From Salpingoeca rosetta (Eukaryota > Protista > Choanoflagellata): a DNA stretch of 64,000 nt. Each line of letters opens with the position of its first letter. The stretch's first letter is position 1. The stretch is taken from the NCBI GenBank assembly GCA_033442325.1, contig JAWQFM010000002.1, forward strand, positions 420,444 through 484,443, given 5' to 3'. Both the position numbers and the translations under genes were made by a program. Under the pieces are notes generated by a model. It saw only the letters and a program-made list of their open reading frames with translations, made no database searches and had not been told where the DNA came from. Positions 38,922 to 50,990 of the stretch are shown piece by piece.

Positions 38922-39021
38922 NNNNNNNNNNNNNNNNNNNNNNNNNNNNNNNNNNNNNNNNNNNNNNNNNNNNNNNNNNNNNNNNNNNNNNNNNNNNNNN
39001 NNNNNNNNNNNNNNNNNNNNN

Positions 39022-42000
39022 ATGCGTCGCCGCCAGTGCCGTCCCCGCGCACCAGGGAGAGGCGGTGGCGGTTGCGGATGGAGACGGCCGCGATGACCTG
39101 GCCCGCATTGCGCGTTGTGAAGATGGACCAGCGCTGTTCCACGCTGCGCGCAAGCACGAAGCTGCACGCACCGGGAAAATCGGCATTGAGCCCGTCCACG
39201 GTGAGGAGGTAGCGCGAGTTGAGCAGCCTGCACGTNNNNNNNNNNNNNNNNNNNNNNNNNNNNNNNNNNNNNNNNNNNNNNNNNNNNNNNNNNNNNNNNN
39301 NNNNNNNNNNNNNNNNNNNNNNNNNNNNNNNNNNNNNNNNNNNNNNNNNNNNNNNNNNNNNNNNNNNNNNNNNNNNNNGGCAGAGCTCAATGTACGGCGC
39401 AACGTCGACGACTGCATGGCACGCGGAATACTCGCGACCACGCAACGTCTTGGAGCACACGCGGTCGGCCCAGTCGGCGAGGGTGGCGTTGAAGGAGCAT
39501 GGATCGGCCGGGGGAACGTCATCAATGGTGCAGAACGGGTCTGGGTCGACAAACAGGCTCGCAGCCTCCGTGTCCACGAGCCAGCTCTTGGCGTGCTGCC
39601 ACAGGCTGGCGGCCACAACGCCATTGGACGTGATCAGGCCACTCGCGGGATCGTCGTTGTTTGTGGCGTCGGCGCTCAGCGGCTGTCCACACAGGCCACA
39701 CACGCGGTTGGCAAAGGTGACAGCTGGCGCACGCACCTGAAGCTGGCCAGACGCTGGTGCCCACGTGACTGTGACGCTGTTGGGCAGGCGCACAGTGAAA
39801 ACACCAGCGCCCTTCTGCACAACGACACCCTCCACGGTGGTGAGTGGCAGCGCGGAGGTCTCCTGGCCGTTGATGGTGACAAAGGAGCCCGCAATCTCCA
39901 CGACGAGGTTGAAGCCGAAGCGCACCGCGACGACCGAGTTGCACGAGCTCAGGCCACACGCCGTCTTGCGCGCTTGCACCTCAAACTCAGACATGGCCGA
40001 ACAGTCCTTGGCAACCACGTAGTCGCAGATGCCGGAAAACGCATTTTCGTAGCCAGAGAACGTGCGAACAAGGCCAACGTCGCGCATGAAGCACGTCATA
40101 AAAGAGCCCGAGCACGTGCTGCCGTCACCAAAGCACACCCCACACTCATCGACGATGGCCGGGATGGACGTCACACCGCTCCGCACACACTGGTCACGGT
40201 AAGCCTGCACAACCTCACATGTTGAAGGCGGTATGGGTGTTGCAACTGTTGATGTAGAACCAGACACAAAGGTAAGCGTGGAGCTCACTTCGGTGTCAAC
40301 AACAACAAGTGCCTCTTCACATGCAACAACATACGGTCGAGGATCAACGTGTTCGTGACAAAAAGAAAAATCACCAAGACGGTCAGCAAGTGCATAGCAC
40401 TGATGTGGAGCAGGAGGTGGTGAAACAGAAGAGTCGATAAAGGGAGTTGCAGTCGTGGTTGTTGTGCCGTTGCCGTCTGTGCGGTCGCGCAGGCGGTCCT
40501 CGGCCTCCTGGCGCGACCTCCACGCCTCAATCATGAGCCACGCCGCGTCCAGGTCACCCGTGGCACACACGTCCTTGATGCACTCCTGCGCCATGTCGCC
40601 GGCAGCGGCACACACCGTCACTGCCTGCGCCTCAAGCTCCGCAGACTGGCACTCGTCCGAGGGCTGGTAGCCGTCCGGGCGCTTGTTGTACGTCTCCCAC
40701 GTGTTGGGCGCGTCGTACCACAGCAGCGAGGACGCGCGCGACACGCGGTCGTAGTCGACGGTGGCGCTGTCGTCTGCAGCGATGCCGTTGTACAGGGCGC
40801 ACAGGCCGCCGGTTGCGTTGTTGAAGAGCGGCGACACCGCAACGTGGATGTTGAGGTAGCGCGAGCCCTGTGCCGTGAGCTCAAAGCCCAGTGCCTCGGA
40901 GTAGAGCGTGCACGAGCGGCTGTACTCGCAGCGCACGTTCACGCCGTCCAGCGAGGCCTGGAAGGTGGGGTTGCTGCTGCTCAGCTCCGCAGCGAGGCTG
41001 TTGTACGTGCGCACGATGAGGCGGCCCGTGCTCGGGTACATGCCCACGCGCAGGCCAGACTCGCGGAACAGCGCCTCAAAGGCCGTGTTGCCCGAAGCGC
41101 TGCCGAGCGGCTCGTGCCGCACCTGCACCTCCACCAGCGGCGAGCGCAGCAGGTAGAACTCGCCCACGCCGTAGAAGTCGAAGCGCGCGCCATCGAAGGT
41201 GGTGAAGTGCGGGTCGCCCGCGCTTGTGCACAGGCCGCCACGTGAGGAGTCGACTGGCGGCTGCACGGGCGGGCGAGGATCGATCACCGGTGGCTCGGGC
41301 TCCAACGGCAACGTGGTGGTGTAGGGCGCAGCGGTCGTCGTGGTCGTGGTTGTTGTGCCGTTGCCGTCTGTGCGGTCGCGCAGGCGGTCCTCGGCCTCCT
41401 GGCGCGACCTCCACGCCTCAATCATGAGCCACGCCGCGTCCAGGTCACCCGTGGCACACACGTCCTTGATGCACTCCTGCGCCATGTCGCCGGCAGCGGC
41501 ACACACCGTCACTGCCTGCGCCTCAAGCTCCGCAGACTGGCACTCGTCCGAGGGCTGGTAGCCGTCCGGGCGCTTGTTGTACGTCTCCCACGTGTTGGGC
41601 GCGTCGTACCACAGCAGCGAGGACGCGCGCGACACGCGGTCGTAGTCGACGGTGGCGCTGTCGTCTGCAGCGATGCCGTTGTACAGGGCGCACAGGCCGC
41701 CGGTTGCGTTGTTGAAGAGCGGCGACACCGCAACGTGGATGTTGGAGGTAGCGCCGAGCCCTGTGCCGTGAAGCGGCACACACACAAACCGGGCGTGCAC
41801 CTCAAAGACGCCATGTGGGTCCTTAGCCAGCACAAAGTCACATTCGGCAAGCGGTTTCACAATCGCGCCTGGCACGGACAGGACTTGCCCGCTGGAGAGC
41901 ACGGTGCAAGTCGGGAACTGCTCTGCGCACGAAGTGCCGTCGCCGCCACACACGCCACAGCGGTCCCATGCCAGGAAACGCACATACTCGTTGTTTGCGT

Positions 42001-45000
42001 CACAGTACTCCAAGAATGACGCTGCGCCCTCGCACTGTGAATACGCGCGGCCGGACGTGAGGGCTTGGCACGCGTCACGCAAGCAGGCGTCGTACAGAGA
42101 TGAGACGAGTGAGTCAGAGCATGTGGCCGAATCAGCGACTGCGCCTGGGCTGAGGACACACAGGCGCTTTGCTTCTGTCAAGGCAGACGAATCGAGGTTG
42201 CACGGGTTTGGTGGAGGCTGTACGGGGCCAATGCATTCGCTGTTATGAGAATCAATGAGCGCGGTGCCTTCAGGAACCTGCCAGCTGTTGGCAAACACGT
42301 ACGTTCTTGCCGTGTTGATACTAGTGTATACATATCCATCCGCCGTCTTGAAGTCGTCGATCGCAGAGCCAGTAAAATCGCCGCATAGGCCGCACATGCG
42401 GCCCTTGAATGAGCTTGTGGCAGAGACTGTGATCCTGGAGAGCGCGTTGGAGATGCGAATCTCAATGCCACTGTGAAGCTCAATGCTCAGGGTTCCGTCA
42501 AGCTCGTGCGAGATTTGTGTGCTGTCCCTAGCAAGCAGCATGGGCAGGAGTGCGGTACTAGTCACTCTCCCGTTGACCATCAGTGTGCCGCTGTGGACCT
42601 CGATGTGATGCTGACCCAGCGTGCGCACGCCAACGGCAAAGGTTCCGGCAGTCGGGTGTGGAATGATTTGCACCTCAAATGAGCTTTCCTCGCAATCCTT
42701 TGCTAGAACGTACGAGCACGTTCCCGCGAAGTCGTACGCACTCAAATCGAATGTGGTGAAGTGAACGCCGCCAAATGCAGAGCAGGTTGCGAGTTCTTGC
42801 GCGCAGGAGGAGCCATCGCCAAACGCAACCCCGCAGCGGTCAATGATGGGCGGCTGCGGCGCCCACCCGCGGTCTTTGCAGAGCATGTCGTACTGGCGAA
42901 TCGCCGACGTGGCGTGCAGTGGGTAGCACATGTCAGCAAGACATGCCTCATAAAACGGCTCAGGGCTGAGCACTCGGTGGCAGGAAGCAAATGGGCCGTC
43001 TGTGTCCACAATGATGGTGCAGCGGCGGCGGCCTTCCTCGATGACCTGCGCATCTGCGTCAGCGCATGGGTCAACGGGCGTTGGCGGCACGGGCTCATGG
43101 TAGCACACGCCCTCCCTCGAAGCAAACAGCGTCGACGGCGCGGACGTGACGTTGACCACGGCCCAGCTCAGCCCAAACTTGTACGCGTTTGTGGTGAGCA
43201 CACCGGCGCTGGTGACGAGGTCGTTGGAGGTGACGTTGTCGTACTTGCCGACAAGACCACAGACGCGGTCGGAGAAGCGGTCCGGGACCCACACGGAGAG
43301 GATAGCGTCCTCAGTGTACTCAATCTCAACACCGTTGCCCATGGTCACAACCAGGGTGCCCTGCAGGGTGCGGGACACGGTGGTGCCGCCCCTGAGCAGC
43401 AGCGGAAGCTTGGTCTGCAGCTGGCCGTCCACAAGCACATCACCAGTGAACTGCAGCTCCACGACCGGTGATCCGTGTGACGTGATGCCAACGCCAAAAG
43501 TGGAAATGCCGGCGTTGGTCACGTTGCGGTTGCGCACGTGGATCTCAAACTCGTTGTACAGGCAGTCCTTGGCAAACACGTAGTCACACGTGCCGGAGAA
43601 GCTAAACACGGTTTTGTCCAGGGTCACGTAGTGGGGGTCACCAAACACGGTGGACACGCTGTACGTCTCCAGGCACGACTCGCCGTTGCCAAAGCACAAG
43701 CCACAGCGGTCAATGACGCTGCTTGCCTCCACGGGGTCTGGGCTGCTCTTGAGGCAGCGATCCTCGTAGGCAGCGTACACGCCGCACGCCTTCTCGGCGC
43801 CGCCGGTGCAGTAGTCGCTGATGCACGCATCAACGTACGCGGACGGGCTGGCCCAGGCGTGGCAGGCAGCATACGGGCCGACGTCGCTGGCAAGTGCGGC
43901 GCAGTAGTCCTCGGCCAGCGCCTGTAGCGTGGCGTTGTTGAGACAGGGACTGTCGCGCTCCAACACACGCGGCGAGCACATGGCGCCGGAAGGGCCAAGG
44001 AAGAGCGCGTCGGTCTCGGGCGAGTGCCAGGTAAGGCCGGCCTGCTCGAAGGTACACGTACCGTTGACGGCGCACCCGGGCACGTTGCTGCCGTACGTGC
44101 TGACGTCGTCCAGGGCGGTGTTGCACAGGCCGCACAGGACGCTGGAGAGACGCACGTGCGCGCTGATGGCGGTCTGGCCCGAGAACGGGTTCCACGAAAC
44201 AACCAAGCCCTCGCGCTGGGCGGTGACAATGAGGTCGAAGCCGTCGCTGCGCACGACAATGCCGCCATCCAGCACGCTCGGCACCTCGGTGACCTCAATG
44301 CCGTCGAGGAACACGCGCGGGCCGTCCAGCTCCAGCGCCTGCTCGCCAATGCGCACAAGCAGGCGCGTAAACGCGTCCGAGCCCTCGGGCTTGTAGCCGT
44401 GGATGGCAAACGAGCCGTGGGCGCAGTCCTCGGCCAGCACGTACGAGCACTGGCCGTGGAACGTCTGCAGGTCGTTGGAGACGGTGGCCACGTGGGAGCC
44501 GAGCACGGCGCACTGGAGGTTGGAGGAGGCGCATGTGGAGCCGTCACCGAAGCACACGCCGCACTCATCCAGCACCGTCTCGATGGCAGTGAAGCCAGAC
44601 TCAATGCACAGGTCCTCCAGCGCAACAATGTCTGTGCATGCGGCCTTGGCAGCCGGTGTTCCAATCAACAAGGTTAAGCTGAGATCGATTATGGCGGACG
44701 TGTCGGTTGAAATGCTCGTGGTGTCCGTGGCAGACTCCGCCTCAGCTGCAAGGGTGATGCAAAAGTCGTACACGCATTGCTCAAACAGCCTGCTGGTTCT
44801 GCCGACGCCAGCGGCAAGACATGTTGCGTACGGGCCAGCGGTATCGCGCAGCACGTGGCAGTAGTCCTGTGCCACTTGCAGAAGCTCTTCAGATTGCTCG
44901 CAAGGGTTGCGGGGTGGGGTGTTTGGATCAACAACAACGGTACCGTTGGCACCAGTGCCACACTGTTCTGGTTTGGCCCACTGGATACCAAACGCCCACG

Positions 45001-48000
45001 CGGCAGCCACGCTGTCACTCAAGTGCGCTGCGCCCATGCAGAGCCCGCAGCCACGTGCCAGCAACCGCTTCCGCACCTGCGTGGTGACGACGTCCTCGCC
45101 GTCAAACGCAAGCACAAGCTGAGGCGTACGCACAGTCAAACCCGCGGCCGCTGTCTCAAGCACGGTGCCGCTGTTTGTCGTGAAGGGGAACTCAAACACG
45201 TACCCGCCATCAACCGTGGCCAGACCAAAGACAAACTGCAGCTCGTCGCCGGTGGAGACGCGTGTGCGCGCCCTCTGCCTGACGCCGTTGAGTAAGATGC
45301 CGCCAGCACCAAACACGGGCCAAAACTTTCTGCGGCGGATACCCAAGAGCGTCGCCAGGGTGAAGTCAGAGCGCATACCGTCTTGCTCTGCAGTCACGTG
45401 CACAACGCTGGGAAGCAAGCGAATGACCTCTGTGGTGGCGTTTTGTGGCCGGTCAAGCTCAACCACGACAGAAGTCCCGCTTTGCGTGTACGAGCAGCGC
45501 TCGAGCGTAACAGAGAGGGAAGACAATCGACAATCCTCCAAAACCGTGTACGCCGACGTGCCCGCAAATGTAAACGTGCTGTTCGTCTCAAAGGGACGTA
45601 CGGCAGATGCTCCACGCAGCGTGCATTTGGTCCACTCATCTGCGCATGCCGAGCCGTTTCCGAAACAGACACCGCAGATGTCAACGACATCCTCAATGAC
45701 GACAAGCGACCGCTTGCACGTGCGCTGGTAGTCAGAGATGGCGGTGCAACTGCCTTGCATCGCAAGTTTCTGGGTGGAAGCAGAACAGTACGAGGCCAAG
45801 CACGCCTCGAGGTATGCAGATGGGTCGTGGACGGAGAAGCAGGGCGATAGTTCGCTGTTGGCACGGGCAAGCACGTTACAGTACTCCGTTGCTTGTGCCT
45901 GGACGTCTCCGCTTGCATCTGCACACGGCCCGCTTGCAGCAGTGGTAGTGTCCTTGGGTGGCGGGACGCACACCTTTGGTGCAAACATGGCTGTTTCTGC
46001 AGATATGGCCAGTGTTTTCGCGTCATTTATAACGCTTGCTACACCGTTTGGAACGCGAGAGAATGACGTGCACCAGCCAAACATTGCGGGAACCCGGTCT
46101 GCCTGAATGGCCAGCTTGACTGAGACGGGCGACACCGTGATGGCAATGCCGTATGCCGGGATGGCGACGGTGACAGTTGCGCTGCTGGACAGCTGCGAGA
46201 CACGCGTGTCGTCCGAGGGGAAGAGCAAAGATACACCAGCACCCGCATCATATGCCACTGTACCCGCATCGCCACTGTGCTGCACCTGAAGCGATCCGCT
46301 GCTGGCGATGGTTAGCTGCCAGCTATTGTGGCGAGAAACGCCGACTGCAAACGTGTCAGTCGTCTGGCGTGAAAGCGTCACCAACAGGCTTTGCGCATCA
46401 ACTTTGTCTGCAAGCAGCAGCACCTCACACTCAGTTGGCACGGTACCCAGTGCAGCATCGTCGAGCGTCACCACAGAATTCACGCCAGAGAGGCTGCACT
46501 GTTCGCTAGTCTGCGCACATGATGTGCCATCACCGTAGCAGATGCCGCACACATCCCGAACGGAGTCAATCTCAAGCAGCCCACCGGTACGCGTGGCGCA
46601 CGCGCGCTCGTACATGCCGAGCAAGTGGCACGCTTCCTGGCGGGCAATTGCCGCTGAGCTGGCAGCACACACACGCAGTACACACAGGCTGAAATACGTT
46701 TTGGTGGGCTCCACGGAGCGGCACTGCTCGTACTGAGCCGTTGGCTGCTCATCGTTGAGGTCGGCGCACAGTGTCTTTGCGAGATCGCACAGCCCATCAT
46801 CAGTCGCTGTCGGAGGATCCACAACTGTGCCGTTGTCGTTGGGTTGAACGTTGCAGGTTGATGCTGACGCGGCTGCAAGGACGTTGCTCGGTGTCTCAGA
46901 CACAGACGCGAGGCACGCACTCCTCGTTTCCCCGCTGATGGAGGCAGCGGTGATGATATTGCTTCCAACTTGCACGTGCGTTCTGGAATCAGCTCCGTCT
47001 GTGACGCGAACCTGAACCAGCAGCGGCTGCGGTGTTGTCGTGCCGCTCGCCACTGCTGTGCCGTTGTACATGTGCACAGTCATCTCCGAACCGTCGTGCG
47101 TGAGCAAGAGGGACGGCAGGTAGTATGGGAAGCCCGTCAGAATGCGATCTTTACCTAGCAGCACACGGCCAGACTGCCGCGGATCAATCAGCAGGGATTG
47201 GACGACACCCTCTTGCTGTGAGCCAGACGCAACAGCTGTTGTGTCATTTACGGTGATGGTCACAGCGCCGGTGTGCACGTTGCGCATTACCTGCAAGTGC
47301 TCCGTCTCCAGAAGCAACACGCTGCATGTTGTTTCGTTGCTGACGTCGCCCAACGTCATGAGAACGCTGGAGCTTGTCGTGTAGCGGGGATCGGGTGAGA
47401 ACGTGATCACGGAGGTGTCCAAGGCCATACAGCCATTGGCGAGGTTGCACGTTGAGCCATCTCCGTCACACACGCCACACACATCGAAACTTGAGACGAT
47501 GCCCTGTACATTGTTGGCAAAGCAATGCTGCTCAAGGGCTGCTAGCCGGCTGCAGCGCTCATTCGTCATCTCCGCATCGGCCGTCGAGCTCGGTAGAGAG
47601 CAGAGGGCGCGAACACATCCCTCGTACACGGCGGTGAGGTTGATTGCTTCTCTACACGGAGCATAGTCGCTTCCAAGCACAATGCTGCACATGCTCTGCA
47701 CACGCTCGCTTGCACCTGCGCTGTCGCACACAGCGTCCTCTGGCTCCGGCGCGTTGCACGTCGGTGATACAAACAGAACGTCGTCGCCAAGGCGCTGGAG
47801 TGACCCAACGCTGCCACCAGCGCAAACGCCGCCGCTGACACGCACGTCTGTCATCGCGGATGTGATATCTGCGCCAGCTCCAGCGCCAGGCAGAAGTGAG
47901 GCATGCACGGCAATGGACCACCCCGTTTGCGATGAGGTGAGGCTCACCTTGACCAGGCCACCAAACAGCGTTACGGCACCCGTTGAACTCACGAGCCCAA

Positions 48001-50990
48001 TGTCGCTACTGCCCAGCATGGCGGGCAGAGTCACATCAGAGCCATCAACAAGAACAGTACTGCCGCCGTCTCTGACCTCAACTGTGATTGTCGTCGTCGC
48101 ATTGCTCCGACTGGTGTTGATGTCGTTCGCACCATTGTCAGCTGGTACGGAGACAGCAATGGCCAGGTCGGCCCCGCCGTTTTGCGTCTGGATGGACAGC
48201 ACATGCGCGCGAGAATCTTCGATGCCAACGGTAGCAGAACTCGCTGAAGAAGAAGAAGAAGACAAGGTCAGCACCTCATACGCGCATTTCTTCTCAAAGA
48301 CTGTGGTTGTAGCGTCAAATTCGGTAAGCAAGCCAAGCCTGCCATCAAGACTGCAGAAAGAGCCGCGGAAGGCGCTCACGTATGGCAGGATGCATGACGA
48401 GCTGTCACCACCACATACCCCACACACATCGCGGGTGGCTGTGGGCAGTCGCAGACCACACTCCTTCTCTGCTCGGGCAATGGCGTCGCACGCCGCAGCC
48501 TCTGATGCGCTGCAGAAGGATTCGATGCATGTACGTACAAGATCGTCCATGCGCGCAGCCAGCGTGGGGCACGTGGCCTCAAAGGCCAGTTTACTTGCAT
48601 TGCTAGAGAGCGCTGAGCAAAACTCCATTGCAGCAGCAAGTGTCTCTGCTGTAGCCGCTGCACACGGCTGCTGCTCTGTCACAGTCACAGACGTGGGGCA
48701 AACCGCGTCGGTGACTGCGTGCTTCTGCACATCTTCAGGTGCTGGTGCCTGGGTGTTTGGCAAAGCACAGAGGCCACATGCCTGATCCTGATGGCCGATG
48801 CCTTGCTCGGGAGCAATGATTTGAACGTTCGTGCTGCTGAACACAATACGCACACCCGCATCTGGGATGGCGGCTGTGACAACACCTTCATCGCTGATAC
48901 CTGCGATGTGCATGTGTGACCCGAACACATGACCAGCAGCAAGCCGCTGTGGTTCAGAGTTGAAGGTGGCGACGGGGACGTCTGATGCACTGCTGACAAA
49001 CAGCGACAGCTTGTCCTCGCCGGCGGAAATGGTGATGGACTCCACGCTGTTGTCGGCGCTCGAAAAGTTGGCGACAATTCCAAGAGGAACGGTGCCGCTG
49101 CTATCGCCACCGCACATCGAGAGAAGGTGATACGTGCACGACGGATACATGGGAACACTGACATCCTGGTAGAAAGACTTGAAGATGCCCCGGAATGCAT
49201 AGTCACATGTAACCTCCCCAGCACAGGGCAGCTCGCTGCTGCAGGGCGTGCACACATCGGTAGCGCTCGGCTCAAGCGTGATAGGTGCCCCGGCCTCCAA
49301 GCAGGCGTTGGCATATGCGTCGCGTGTAGCACAGATTGATGCATGGGCATTTTCGCATGGGGCAGATTCACACGCGTCAATGTACGGCTGTGGATCAACG
49401 ACAGCCTGGCAGGCAGCGAATGCACCGTACCGATCTCTGAGCGCAAGGCAAGCATCCGAGTTGCAAGCAGCAGGCGGCTCCTCTTCGTCTGAGCACGTGC
49501 GGTTGGCAAACTTGAGCAGGTGGCTCGTGAAGCCAACAACTTGTTGAGACCCGTAAAGGTACGGGGAATTGTCCTCCATCAACCCAACAATTGTGTCGTC
49601 GCTGGCAACGCCGTTGAAGTTGCCGCAGAGACCGCACATGCGCTTGCCCAGGAACGCAGCACTTCCTTGAACGGCGATCTTGCCTGTCACAACGGACCAG
49701 GTGACCGTCAGGGTGAGGTCTGGGACAGCCACCTCAAAGCCAGACGACAGACGTGACACCACACTGCTGCCGCCCAGCGCAAACCGAATACCTTCGAATG
49801 GCTCCGTGCCAACGAAAGCTTCCCACACGCCGTCGTTCACGTAGAATGAGACGGTGTCATAGTCAAAGACTTGTACCGCAACGCCAACGACACACCGCTG
49901 AGAGCCGTCACCACAGGCCGCAAGCGTCGCCTGCACCTCAAACGCGTCGGACTCGCAGTCCTTGGCGACGACGTAGGTGCACATGCCGGGGAACTGCCAC
50001 ACGTGCTCATCAAAGGTTTCAATGAGCATGCCGTCGCGCACGGTGCAGGTCGCATCTGCCGCGCACGTGGAACCGTCACCGTCGCACACGCCACAGCGAT
50101 CCACCACAGCGGCGTCGCGCGTGTGGCCCTCGGCGATGCACAGCTCGCTCACCGTCTGCACAAACGTGCACCCAGCCTGCTTGTACGTGCTCTCGCTTGT
50201 TTCCTCAGCTGTCTGGCACACCTCATCAATGCACGCATCAAAGAGGGCGCCAAAGTCCAGCGTAGAACTGCTGCCGCTGCTGCTGCGGCACGACTCGAAG
50301 AAGCCGCTTCCAGGTAGCAGCTGCGAGCATGCTTCCTGTGCAAGCGTCTCGTCCGCACCAGGGATGCTGGCGCACGCCTCCCCGGCATCCGGCGGTGTGG
50401 GCCGCGTGGGCTCGGTGCAGGCTGGGTTGGTGCCCAGCGCGTCGCTGGCGTCAGCAGTCTGCCAGCTGCTGAAGAAGCCCGCCTGTGTTCCTGCCACGGT
50501 GCCGTCGCTCTTGGTAAAAGGGTCGACCCCAGGGAAGCCGCCACACACGCCCTCAACGGCCCCAGCGTACACATCCTCCGCCACCTTCACCACGGCCTCG
50601 TAGCCGTCCCATGCCACCAACACCTTGCTGGCATGAAGTTTGGCCAGGACCGTCGCGCCCTCGCGCACGATTTCGTGGTTGTTGATGAGCTCGGCGGGGA
50701 AGGAGGACACGGCGCTGCGGCCAACGCGCACGCTCGTGTCGGATGCAAGCACGATGGTGGGGATGCCGGGGACCTCAATGGCCAGGCCGCCGACGCACTG
50801 CGTTGCCCCGCACGCCACGTGCTTCACGTAGACGGCAAACGCATCCGAGGAAGCAGTGTCGTTGGCCGTGACGCTCATGGTCTGGTTCTGCGTGCGCAGC
50901 ATGACGTAGTCACAGCTGCGCGGCTCCGAAAACACGGCGTCGCCAATCGTGCGCCAGTGGCTCGCACCGGACACGCGGCACGTCTCATAC
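39022..50990 (-). repeat. Tandem array of ~14 VWD(-C8) modules; two further VWD-like domains at ~51040-51480 and ~53050-53540
   Basis: Repeated CxxxG/GDPH..TFD..F.G.C.YVLAKDC, xCGLCGNF.G...D and C8-like CxxL..GPFAAC...P.PY..AC..D.C motifs. Confidence 0.85.
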
